A stretch of 63,812 bases of DNA, filler included, from Hausera hauseri (GCA_046269625.1; 11 parts of 11 records of this genome joined end to end with filler, not necessarily neighbours in it); one strand, 5' to 3'. Positions 1 through 12,138 are shown, numbered from the whole stretch's first letter. A program made the numbers and translations. Notes: generated by a model from the letters alone, not told the origin.

Positions 1-93
1 GATTTTTTGATTTTTTGATTCAGATTTTTGGGTAATTAAGAGATCCTAACAAAAGTACCTATTGTTAAGATAAATTAAATTCTATTTCAGCTA

Positions 94-1185
94 TTGTTAC
101 TTGCCCATGATACGAGTCCGATAAGAGAAATAGCCCGGACAATACTGGCTAAGGCAGCTGAGAATAAGAAAGGAAGAAACGAAACAGTAAGAATAACGTT
201 AAATGAAGGAAACCAAGACATGAGGGTCATTAGAATGAATGAAGCTGATGATATACAAACATTACGAGAAAAGATTGAAGAATTGGAACCGTTTTACAAG
301 GAAAAAGTATACGGATTAAGTTTCTATGGACGAACGTTATATACTTATGATAAGTTACTAAGAATTGGATGTAGAACTGAAAATTATAATCCAATTATAA
401 CAGACATACACCCCGATGCAAGAGCAGAAACAACGATAGATAACATAATGAGGGAACTGGAACCTCAAGAGGTCGAAGAGCAACTATTAGGTGATACACA
501 GGATGTTACGGGACGAACAGAAGCCCGAAGAAGAGGAAGGTCAAGAGGAACAAAAATAAGTGATATTCGAAACAGGAAGAATCGGAATGAAGAAATCGTG
601 CGACGTTTATTATTGGCAGGGACGGATACGACGCCAGAATCTATAGATATAGATCCATTGTTAAGAACTCTATTAGCCAAATTACACACGTCATTTGCAT
701 CGTTTGACATGCAAATGGCAATTTCTGACAAACTGTTTCAGACGTTACGTAACGGTATGTTAAAAATTAGTAGGCAATTTTATGAAAATATTGGCGAGGA
801 ACGAATCAATGAATTACACGAGCAAGACATACTAGAAAAGATATTTGCTACAGGAATCACACAAGAGAAAGTAGTAACGGCTACCGCTTACTTATTATAT
901 ACGGTAATCGTTATTAATTATCAGACACAAAATGTTGAGGAAATCGAGAGGAACATCAAGGTAACGGTGAAAGTTTTACGTGATACTTTGGGAAATTGGG
1001 TACAATGTAGAGGCAGATGGATACCAAGCCTAATGAATGGCAGACTAAGACCTGAGGGAGGATCATATGAAAGATCTATCATAACACAATCTAGTGCCAT
1101 TAGACAGGCTCTAGGTGGAATATCATTTATGGAAATATTACAATTATTATTAATAGCATCCATCTGTATGCCTAAAGCTATGGGA
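94..1185 (+). pseudogene. Retroelement polyprotein segment: ubiquitin-like domain (about 181-410), helical region, internal signal peptide
   Basis: ETVRITL...IQTLREKIEEL...LSFYGRTLYTYDKLLRIGC fits a beta-grasp/ubiquitin pattern; hydrophobic ILQLLLIASICMPKAMG directly precedes the glycoprotein. Confidence 0.6.
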
Positions 1186-3000
1186 ATAGTAGACTATGAT
1201 TGTTCGAAGCCCAAAGAAGGGCAGAAGTACTCATTAGTCTATCTAGAAAATGTCCGGAAGCCGATCCAGAACAACTTACTACGACTGGCGTTCACCTCTA
1301 TTGGGTATATTAAGAACAGAAGTTTATTAAAGTTAAAATTAAGAAAGGTTATGTGGAGAAATCGTTCTTTTTGTTTCACTCTGCATATTATTCGGGAAAT
1401 TCTGCCATTATTGAACCAACAACGCCTTTTGAACCAATAATAATATCACGAGTAGAGTGCCAAGATGCTTTTAAAATTGAAGTCATAACAATACAGAACG
1501 CCCAGATACAAGCAGTACGACGGAAGATAAAGTATACTCAAATCTTCCGAGTAGGAAGAATCGACAAAACGATAGAAGGCACTTGTAAAGAAGTAGATTA
1601 CAATGTCGGAGGTACCATCGCTCCAAGAACAGTAGATATCGAAAATTACCAAGTTCAATTAAAAGAGTACGAAAACTATTTGACTCACAGACTAAACTCA
1701 TGACGACAATGAGTGAATGCGAATGAGAGTGGTAAATGTGACACTGGAGAGTCAAAGATGACTTGGGAAATATCTTCAAACCGATGTCACTTGACTTTAT
1801 TAAAAGAAAGGAAATTCAATAAAACGGTAGGAGAGATAGATGAAAAAGAAACTACAACCTATAAGGAAGGAGTTAAAGAAGTGAAAATAACAAATGTTGC
1901 GACAGTCGTGTACTCAGAAAACCCGGAGGAAATGATGCGTTTTAAAATTATGGGACCAAGCAATAAATGTGACGAAGAAATGTCTAAGACCAACTATAAA
2001 GGGATATATCTCTCACCCAAGGAGGTAGCACAGACTAAGACAAAAGTGGATAAGAAAGATATTAAATTAACACAATATTTTGATAACAAGATCGACTTTT
2101 TAATTAATTACGTCAGAAAAGAAATTCGAAGTCTAGAGAGAAATAATATTAAATGAATGCAAGTTAAATTACGAAATAATTCGTAATAAGATGGCTTTAA
2201 TAATAACAAACCCAGATATGGTAGCACCAGTGATGCCATTCGGCGATGGAGTAATCGGAAGAGTGATGAGCGAAGTATTAATAACTATTGAATGTAAAAG
2301 GATAGAAGTGTCTATTAGAGAAACTAAAGAGTGCACTTCAGAATTACCGGTTATCTACAATTCGGAACCCCGTTACGTAATGCCAGTAACACGAATATTA
2401 CTAGACTCCAATGCAAAACCTACGAAACTGGATAATTGCACTTTTAATATGTCGCTAATGTTCAAATTGGATGATAAGTGTATCAAGATGCCGAAAAAAG
2501 AATTGCTGCCGAAACCTGAAACATTAACTTTGATCAATTTACAAAGAAATCAAAGGTTTGAACCACTCACGGGCATATCGCAAGGAGGAATTTACACACA
2601 ACAAAACTTGGAAGATTATCGAAGAATGTTATTGTTTTCTCAGCAAATACAACGTTTAATAACTGAATTAACAAGAAGGGTAATGTGGGACGGAGAAGGA
2701 TCACCACATTGGGAAAATCTGATGGGAAAGGATTATTTGAAGAAAGTAACAAGAAACGTAATGGAAAAGATGTGGGGAAAGTTTTTATATTTCGGCCAGG
2801 CGGCCTCTGGATTTTTAGAAATATACTTTATTATCAGTGCCTTACGAACTATATTTACTGCCCTCGGTAAAGCTTATGGAATCCATGCAGCAATTGGATG
2901 CTCATGGAAAATCCTCATAGCCATAATACCGGCAGTAGCCAGTTGCTTTTTAGCAAATCACCATGCGAAATGGAAAAGGAAAATACTTAAGGAAAAGAAT
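1186..3000 (+). pseudogene. env: Chuvirus (Jingchuvirales)-like envelope glycoprotein, split by a frameshift near 1248 and by stops
   Basis: Motifs IVDYDC..KYSL..LE.C; YFDNKIDF; NPDMVAP..G..GRVMSEVLITIEC..IEV..ET.EC.SELPV.Y...YVMPVTRILL; GGIYTQQNLEDYR; WGKFLYFGQAASG..TM..AYGIHAAIGCSW match the chuvirus G pattern as I recall it. Confidence 0.82.
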
Positions 3001-3363
3001 CACGATACTGAAAATAATTCACCGTATAGCACCTTAAATAATAGAGATGACTTAAATCCAAACCCTAAGAATGATAGATATATAAATCGAATTAAACGGT
3101 TTTCCTGGAAACCCCGAAGGCAGAAATATAAACAAAGACTAATTGCCGACTTACCGCAATTAGATCTCGCGAATGAATACCAAGGGCACGTATACATTGA
3201 TCAGCCTTTAGTAAATCCCTCTGCCCCTCAATATCTGAGACATAGTGGAATGTACCTCACATACCAAGTATTACAAATGAAACAGGCCTATGAAGAAGAT
3301 CCTGTATTACATAATCATGAACCTACGTGTAAAACAAACAATAAAGACAAAACCCAGTCTATT

Positions 3364-3700
3364 ATAAGACCGGAGATAGATATTAAAGTGAATGGATATC
3401 CATTAACCGCGCTAATAGATACAGGATCAATAACCACCATCATGGGACAAAGTCAATTACCTAAAGAGCTAATGAAGAAGTTGCGTAAGGCAAAGAAACC
3501 GCTGGTTAATATTGGAGCCTTTGGCACTAAAGAAATAAAAATGGTTCTCGATGCCATAATCAAGATATGCGACCAGACAATAAAACATGATTAGAATAGC
3601 CAAGAACCTAACCAATAAAATATTGATAGGATGTGACGTACTACAACAGTTAAGTGATGTATATATTAATGTTAAAACCGGTCAACTTAAAACGTTCAAT
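3364..3700 (+). pseudogene. Retroviral-type aspartic protease, in frame with the glycoprotein tail
   Basis: RPEIDIKVNGYPLTALIDTGS (Asp codon 3418-3420) lies inside ORF 2191..3594; ILIGCD motif follows after a frameshift. Confidence 0.9.
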
Positions 3701-4199
3701 AAAGATCGATATGGAGGATCAGTTTCAATAATCAAGGATGTCATAATTCCTCCTCGTTCGGAAATAATAGTATCTGGTAGAATAAAGAATAAATCACTGG
3801 CGAATTGCATGCACTTCGAACCCTTTCCTCAAGTGATGAAAAAACACGACATCCTAGTCGCTCCACAAGTGGATAGAATAAGACAAGGAAGAATTTATTT
3901 GAGGATCTGTAACGCTGGAACGAAAAAAAAAACGATTAAGAAAAAATACTTGACTTGGAAAGATAACAACAATTGAAGAAACACCGAAGGAAGTGATCAA
4001 TTCAATCATCACAGATGTGGAGAAGATTGAGAAAATGATGGTAAAAAAATTAAAGAAAGAAGTAAACCAAAACTAGAGAGAAAAGAAAGCCGGCAACATC
4101 AATTGGGAAGAAAGATTAGGTGTTTGTAAGACCCTAATTAAGAAAGAGAAATATATGTTTATCCAACTGTTATAAAAGAATGATAACCGATTAGCGTGG

Positions 4200-5520
4200 A
4201 ATGATTATGACTTAGGGACGATGAATGCGATACAACACGTCATCAAATTAAAAGACGGACAAGAAAAGCCGATAAAGAAACGACCTTATAGACTAGCATA
4301 CGATAAAAAGGAAGAAGCACGAGAAATTATAAAATAAATGCGAGAAAAGAAAGTAATACGGCCCAGTTGTTCTCCTTGGACAGCACCAGTAGTGATGGTC
4401 AAGAAAAAGGATGGCACCATGAGATTCTGCATATATTATAGAGCATTGAACGAAATAACGGAGACCGATACATACCCATTGCCAAAGATTGAGGAAATAT
4501 TATATAAATTACATGGATCAACAATATTTACCACTATTGATATACAGAAAGGATATTGGCAGGTAGAAGTAAAAGAAGACAAACCGAAAACGGCTTTTTC
4601 AGTAGGTGCAGGATTATGGGAATTCAATATGATGCCGTTTGGATTAAAGAACGGGCCGCCAACTTTTCAAAGAGGAACACAATTACTACTTTTAGACGCA
4701 TCCCATGCTATTGTATATATCGATGACGTGATAGTAGCATCATCGAATTTTCAACAACATTTGAAGGATTTACAAGATCTATTCGACAGATGCGAAATAA
4801 TGGGTTTAAAATTAAATCTCAGGAAGTGCACACTTAATCAAACTGAAGTTGATTTTCTTGGACATCGAGTTGATAGGCATGGCGTCAGACCACAAAAAAG
4901 ACTACTAGGAAAAATCCAAGATTTTCCAAAGCCCACTACTGTTAAAGAATTGCGACGATTTCTCGGACTTGCGAATTATTGTAGAAAATTTATAAAGGAT
5001 TTTAGTAAAATAACTAAACCGCTTTACGAGCTATTATACGCAGACATAGAAAAGGTAATATGGACAAACGATTTCCAGAATCCGTTTGAAAATTTGAAAG
5101 AAAAATGATAAAACGCCCCTATCTTAATTTATTCGGACATGACTAAGCCATTTATATTAACAACAGATGCAAGTGACTATGGAGTAAGAGCAGTTCTATC
5201 ACAAAAAGAAAAGGATGGTGAGGAACATCCAATTGCATATGCATCAAGAAAATTAAATAAGCACCAGAAAAAGTATGCCGTTATCGAAAAAGAATTATTA
5301 GCAGTAATATTCGCATTAGATGTATTTTCACCTTATATCAGTGAGAAGAAACCTTTAGTAATATACACAAATCATCGACTGTTACAATGGCTGAAAATGC
5401 ATGAAAATCCCAACAGTAGATTATTACGATGACTTTAAAACTTCAGCCCTATACATTAGACTTTCAATATAAGCCTGGCACGCGAAATGCGAACGCTGAT
5501 TACTTATCGAGAATGCCGCA
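4200..5520 (+). pseudogene. pol: Reverse transcriptase and RNase H (Ty3/Gypsy)
   Basis: SPWTAPVVMVKKKDG, MPFGLKNGPPTFQR, YIDD, LTTDASDYGV, YASRKL, EKELLA, NADYLSR. Confidence 0.95.
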
Positions 5521-5789
5521 GGAACAAAAGGAACGAAAAAAGTAGTAGCAGCTGTATGAAGCATGGACGAATCCGTAGAAAAGATAAGAGAATCAAAGGG
5601 AAGATGAAGAAATAAAAATGATCAGAAATTATATTCAAAGTATAATTATACCAAAGAATAGAGAGCTAGCTCGTCATTTAGCCCCATTCAGTGAAGCTTA
5701 CAAATCAAAAAACGGATTTCTGTATTATATTCATCAGAATGGACTCGCACTAGTAATTCCAAAAAAATAGAGCAGTCTTACTAACCCAG

Positions 5790-6800
5790 TACCACGACGG
5801 ATTATTAGGCGGACACCAGTCAGTAAAAAAAACGATAAATAAGCTGAGAAGAAAATACTTTTGGTCAACCATGACAAAGGATGTTCAAGACTGGTGCGAT
5901 AGCTGCAAATTATGCGCTACCTGGAAGAATACCGGATCTAAGTTTAAAGCCCCTCTGAAAGTATGGGGCAATCCCCCGGTTCCATTTGAATTTACTGCAA
6001 TGGATACAACTGGACCATTACCACTAACTAGAAATGGAAATCGATACATTTTTGTATTTATAGACTATTTTACTCGATGGGTCGCAATCGCACGAAAAAT
6101 TTGTAGAAAATATTGTATTTAATTATGGAGCTCCAAGGATCCTATTAACAGACCAGGCGTCGAATTTAACCGGCAGTGTGATGCAAGCGATATACGAGAT
6201 TATGAGTATACTAAAGTTGCGGTCAACACCCGCTCATCCGGAAAATAATGGAATGGTGGAAAGATGCATCGGTGACTTGAAGAATAAGTTACAAATGGTC
6301 GTCGGTACTAGGCAAGATGATTGGGACGAATACATTAACACTTGTGTATTCGTAAATCGAACGTCAGTACATGAGGCCACAAAAAAGACTCCATTCTATT
6401 TGATGTATTTAAGAGATGCTAGACTACCCATTGACTTGGATTTCAACGTAAGGCCCACATCCCACTTAATGGAGGTGGAAAAATACAAACAACTAATGCA
6501 AGAGCGATTACAGTTAGCATATAAGATAGTAAAGGATAATCAAAAAGATTATAAGACAACTTATAAAAAGTATAATGACAAAAAAACTAACCAACTGACC
6601 ATTAAAGTAGGAGATTCGATCATGTTATATACTCCACTAAATAAAAAGGGAAAAACATCCAAATCGGATAGACCATATAAAGGACCATACGCAGTAGAAA
6701 AAGTAGATCTACCCAACGTTTGTCTCAAAAAAGATAATACTAATCTTAAAGTTCATGTTAACAGATGGAAACCCGCGCCTAAGGAGAGCGAATTAAGAAA
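5790..6800 (+). pseudogene. Integrase (HHCC zinc finger, DDE core, GPY motif)
   Basis: YHDGLLGGH...CDSCKLC; AMDTTGP; LTDQASN; NGMVERC; YKGPY...VHVNRWKP. Confidence 0.93.
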
Positions 6801-6859
6801 CAATGAACAAGAACTTATACGGGCCATCAACTATAAGAAGAGAGCTAAGAAAATTTCGA

Positions 6860-8180
6860 ATTACGATGTATTCAAATACTTCTGCCTATGGGTTCTAATA
6901 AGCATGCCAGGCCTGTGAGCTTAGACAATAAAACCACTTGACCCATGGATGAGAACATTCCCTTCAAACGAAACCTTAGAAAATAGCCTAATGATGAGTA
7001 TTTATCATGAGATAACTTATACAAGAAAAAAAGCAAAAATGTATAAGATTTATAGTATTCGAAAGATTACCCAATCAGTACATGATAGGAATCCAAGTAA
7101 TCCACGAGCATGATCATGAGCGAAGCTCGAAGCAACGAAAGTATGATTGCGGCAATACTTATTGGAGGAACACGACGGAATGTATAGTAGACGATTCCGG
7201 CAATTATCTTGTATATTACACTCTGATCAAGAGACATAAGAATCGCTACCAATGGCAATATACCAAGTGCTGAGGTATTATACATGTCTCTAATAGACGA
7301 ATAATTAACACAACCAGATTAGGCGAAATAATACTGACCCAACTTACCATTAAGCCGATAGGATTTAAAAGAAGACGAAGTTGTATAGAAATTAGAACAA
7401 TGATAGAGCTAGAAGAAAATAGAGCTATAAGTATAAGGCTCACGGAGGTAAAAAAGAAACAAAAGATGCCAACAAAATGTCGGCTGACTGACAGATACCT
7501 TCGAGTTTGCTGTAAAGTCGTACGAGAAAGAACCTACGGTGTACAAATTATGTTAATACGAAAGGATTCAGAGAATGTCAAGACTTTGACTTATCAAGGG
7601 CCTAGAACATGTTCCATTTAAAAATGTCGATGAGTATGACGACTACCAGCAACTAAGTGTCACGACACCTCTTGTGAGTCCTACACGACCTAATGAAATA
7701 AAGATTAATTTCGGAGAAATGGCTGTTCTTATGTGACCCCACGTTTTACCCTATCGTCACAAACGTTCAGTTTTAAAAAATGTCACAGTATCTTCCACAC
7801 TTACTTCCTTAGTTGTAGCTATCCCACCTGATTTACATTTCTATAAAATTAAACTTATCTGCAAGCTAGGTCAAAAGATAATAGGAAAAGGAATAATCAC
7901 ACCAGACGATACAATAGTGCCGTATGCCGACCTAAGTCCCAATACAAAATATACGGTTACATTACAACTATATGGCGACGATAATACGATGATTGCAACT
8001 AAATCGTTAACAGCTTCGACGAGAGCCCGAATACAGCAAAAACCAGAAAATGGGAAAATAAGTACAAGCTCAAACCAAAAGATACAACCACCAAAAGCAA
8101 GTTATACTTATTCTCGAATAGAATTAATCATAATAACGGTAGCATGTCCTATAAATTTGTTAATTGTACTGACACGATAA
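6860..8180 (+). pseudogene. Degenerate post-integrase membrane protein with furin site, FN3-like domain and TM helix
   Basis: Hydrophobic FKYFCLWVLISMPG at the integrase end; RHKR at 7755-7766 in frame with LKNVTVSSTLTSLVV...LSPNTKYTVTL and a C-terminal IELIIITVACPINLLIVL. Confidence 0.5.
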
Positions 8181-8383
8181 AAATAATCATTTATGTACGA
8201 AAACATCAGAGATCAAATTGGATTAGGATAGATATGCGACATATACCGAATATCCTAGATACCAATAATCCAAGTTAATGGTGGCTGTTTCGGATTGTAG
8301 CTGCAATCCGAATAGTTAAGATAACTAAACGCCATCTAGTTATCTACGCATTAAATAAAAGTAAAACCACAACGATTACCAAT

Positions 8384-9682
8384 ATGTGCATGATAACCGT
8401 TGTGTTGAAAATAAGTATTCTGTACATACCGATAGTGACGTTATTTCATATAGTCTCCGCTTCAACATTCAACCAAATCCAGTCTATTACAAGATCCAAA
8501 TATTGGTATAATAACGCCAAGAACCACATTATTAACGCCAGTTCAGCCAATCAATACTATGTGACCCATAACGATTATACAATCAGTTTAAATTATCCAC
8601 AAACTCAGCAGATACCCAATAATTTAAAAGGGTACAGCATGGCGAACAGATCTTTGGCGATACTTTAGATGACAAAGGCAACCTCATTATATCATACTGA
8701 CATTATTCTCCTCCCTGATAAATATTACTCATTAAACATTTACTGTATAGTTGGACAGTTCCATATTAAAACTACAGCCAGACAAACCTCAATAAAAGGA
8801 GATCTTATCAATATGAATCCAGAGCATGGATTAGCATTCAATTATTCGTTTATTCAAAACAATACCATAAAGATACGATCTCTTACTAATCAAATAATAA
8901 TGGCAATCGAGGTCATTAGGAACAAAAAGTTTCAACCTAGAGTGCCCAATGGAAAATGTTTTGATCTTCCCGAACCCGATTGTGTCAAAAATAAAACTAT
9001 ATCTTATCGACAAATACAGCAGATTACCGATACTGACCTGGTCATAGCCGCTGTTAATTTAGCCTATTACCATAGGAATCAACTCCAGCCTATCGAGATA
9101 TCTATTATAACTCCCTCTGGAAACACCTTATTCTACACGATCGTCTACCCCAGACAGCGTATCAATAATTTTGATAGCCATATAACTGGCCTAACGGAAG
9201 CAAACATCAGCAATCAGATGGACCCTACAGAAATAATCACGGACAAGATAGTCATTGGAACCGATGTAATTGAATTGATAATAAATCACTTTAGGTGCCC
9301 CATCAGACGGATAGCCGGAGTTCGTAATATTTTATATCACGAAGAGGTTATTCGAAAATACCAGCTATCAATCAATACATACAAAGAACTTGCGAAGAAG
9401 TTCTACGATTCAAAAGGATTCCCTTTACGAAGTACTGCCTTGGTACAATGCTACCAGGCCATCTATTGACAATCAAAATGGAACGATGAATTAATCCTAG
9501 AAGATGCGGCACCCGATAGTGTGCGAAAAGCACAGATAACATCAACATGTGGACGAAAAAGAAAGCTCCAAGTCGACGAAACCGTGATTATAGACGATGA
9601 AATATATGAACCAGAATCTATCCGTTATAAATCCAGATCATCAGATAAAGTTATTCATGTACCATTGCCTTTCGATCAATGA
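8384..9682 (+). pseudogene. Accessory ORF ending in a degenerate DEDDh (REX/ISG20-like) exonuclease fold
   Basis: 8384..8668 and 8669..9469 share a frame, separated by one TAG; IEISIITPSGNTLFYTIVYPRQRINNFDSHITGLTEANI and KIVIG resemble the REX-family core, but the DxE motif is replaced by AAVNL. Confidence 0.5.
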
Positions 9683-9717
9683 CAAATTTGGGACAACTTC
9701 TTCAGTCCCCCATGAAT

Positions 9718-10528
9718 TGTGCAGATGTCGATTGACTTAATTTCCCATTTCTCGAATTAGCAAACTAATTTAGCAAATGTCGATTGACTTAATTTCCCAT
9801 TTCTCGAATTAGCAAACTAATTTTACAAATGTCGATTGACTTAATTTCCCATTTCTCGAATTAGCAAACTAATTTAGCAGCTGTCAACTAATAAATGTTA
9901 ACAATAAACGTAAACCAGTGTGGTAATAAAGACTAGGAACTATTCCTTTCGGTAACATGTGATTTCAATATGGTATTGTGTGAATTTTTATTCGAATATT
10001 GTAATATATTTTTTGGTTGCTGTTATTTATTATTGGATATGTGTAAACATAAAATAGTATATATACAACAGTGTTTGAGCATTGATCATGAATTTGTTAA
10101 CCTGTCTCTTCTCAGATGACTACACGTAAGTGTCATTCTTTTGTGGCTGATTGTTAACATCTTTGTTTACGATGCATTTTGTATTTAGGCGTATTTTTTG
10201 TATAGTTGAAGAGTTCATTTTTATTCTACACGTAAATAATTTGAATAACTAAGTAAAGCTGCTAAGTAAAATCAGAGATTCGTCGTCCAGGTTAACCCGG
10301 CCTGACGACAGCCAGTTTAAAATAAGTAATCCCATAAGATATTAAACCGTAATAAATAAGTAAAATATAGATCACTGTCCCCTACACATTACCGACATAT
10401 AAGTAGGTAAAGTAGTAAGACTCATTATCTGCTATCCTTACGTCCGAACGCATAACTACGTCATTTGTTCTCCTCGTTAGCCAATTTACAGTGAAGCCTC
10501 TCCCATTGTGGTTAAGGAGGACTGAACA
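9718..10528 (+). repeat. Putative LTR (single copy in this contig)
   Basis: Non-coding stretch between the last ORF and the PBS, bounded by TGT...ACA; contains AATAAA; 5' boundary uncertain. Confidence 0.55.
9725..9880. repeat. 52-bp tandem repeat, 3 near-identical copies
   Basis: ATGTCGATTGACTTAATTTCCCATTTCTCGAATTAGCAAACTAATT... starts at 9725, 9777 and 9829. Confidence 0.97.
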
Positions 10529-10531
10529 AAC

Positions 10532-10549
10532 TGGTGCCGTTACTTGGGA
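10532..10549 (+). promoter_or_regulatory. Primer binding site, tRNA-His-like
   Basis: TGGTGCCGTTACTTGGGA lies 3 nt after ...GAACA and resembles the complement of the tRNA-His 3' end (TGGTGCCGTGAC...); it is just upstream of gag. Confidence 0.75.
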
Positions 10550-10652
10550 TAACTAGGCAAGAAACCTTTAGATAAGCATCTAGGCTACTAAAATTACGAC
10601 CAGAAGAGGAACACCGTATAGAGTAGAGACAGAAGACAACTTACCCTTTGGA

Positions 10653-12127
10653 TTGGAATTCTTAAACAACTTAAGTGAAGAAGAAGAAAACGGAATGGCC
10701 CAGAATGAGCATAACGTAGAACAGGTGATACAGTCGAAGGCCGACTTCACCTTACCCATGAAGAAGTTTTCAGGGAAAGAGGACGTACAAGATTTTATTA
10801 TGGAATACGAGGTATATTTAAAGAGTTTTGGATGGAATGACCAGCAAAGGATGGAAAGGTTACCTCTCCATATTAAAGAAACTGCATTAACGATTTACTT
10901 CCAAATGCCAGAAGAAGACAAAAAGGATTGGAAAACTGTCAAAGATAAGTTGCTTAAAAAGTTTTTAGTTGATCCCTCTGGAAAAGGAAAATAGAATAGT
11001 TTATAAGAAGAAGGCAGCAAAAAGATGAGACAGTCTAGGATTTTATTTGCGCATTGGAAAAGTTAGCCACAAGGGCTTACCCTGATGCAGTAATAAGAAG
11101 TAACGCACTGTTGGCTCAATTCCAATATGAGTTAGAAGGAAAGTTAAGAAGTATAATATTACAAGCTGACCCACCTACATTTCAAAAGGCAATAAGGAAA
11201 GCACAAAAAGCCGAACAGGACACCGAACTATATCGGTGGACAAAATCAAGAAATGATAATGGTAATTACGATAAACGATCGAATAATAGTACACAAAAGT
11301 ATTAGCGGTATAATAGAAACCGAAGCACTTCACAAACATCAGCTACAGAATCTGAGTCAGACATGAAAGAAAGTGAGGTTCAAATTAAAGAACGATAAAG
11401 AAAAGTCAAACTATGAAAAAGGGTCTACAAAAGATAGAAGGGCACTACCAAATATAGATTCGGAAGGAAGCTTAAAGTGTTTTAACTGTAATAAGTATGG
11501 CCACATAGCAAGGGCATGTAGGTCACACAAAAGAGAGTCCACAAAGTCAATAAAGGATTATACATCAGCTACGTCGGATTAATCATCCGATAAAGAACAT
11601 GAAACAGAAGATAGTGAAGAAGAAACAAAGAAAAAAGATAAAAAGAAAGAAAGTGTAAATTATGTTAATGAGATACTATCCCAACATATGAAAAAGAAGC
11701 TAGCTATAGAATTAAAAAACTATAAAATTCAACAGAAACGATTAAAAGAAAATAGTATTTATGCAACGGAAGAAAAGCCAAAAGGAGGAAAAGTACGACA
11801 AGGAAGAAAGAAGGGTAATAAAAAGATAACAGAAGAGGTGGAAAGCAGAGAAACTTCTGTGGAGAAAACCGATTTAGAACAAAAAAAAGGAGACGAAAGA
11901 AAATTGAATCTGGCAAGTCGACGTCGGAAGAAAGTAAAGGAAACGTGCTACCTACAAAAATTTTCGATGAAACCGTTATTGAACAAGTAATACATGATAT
12001 AGAAGTAGACTTAGATGCCGAGGATGATCTTATCCAAGCAGTGATTGCTATAGACCCCGAAAATATAATAGATGTGATTCAAGCGACAAGCACAATACTA
12101 CAATTAATAGACAATAAAGTGTTTTAG
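10653..12127 (+). pseudogene. gag: Gag (capsid plus CCHC nucleocapsid) with a charged C-terminal extension
   Basis: KFSGKEDVQDFIMEYE...W..VKDKLLKKF capsid pattern; CFNCNKYGHIARAC zinc knuckle; interrupted by stops and frameshifts. Confidence 0.9.
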
Positions 12128-12138
12128 TTTTTTAACAT

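Larger units (their letters stand above)
1..12138 (+). mobile_element. Large degenerate Ty3/Gypsy LTR retrotransposon with envelope-like glycoprotein; contig reads UBL-env-PR-RT-RH-IN-extra ORFs-LTR-PBS-gag
   Basis: Protease LIDTGS, RT PFGLKNGP/YIDD, RNaseH TDAS..EKELLA, integrase HHCC/DDE/GPY in Gypsy order (IN after RH); gag with CCHC; PBS; many stops and frameshifts. Confidence 0.93.

Noticed and set aside
3720-3976. dUTPase gene between protease and RT
   Set aside because: No conserved dUTPase catalytic motifs; resembles the common post-protease linker domain of Gypsy elements
9725-9880. CRISPR-like repeats in the LTR
   Set aside because: Contiguous tandem copies without spacers
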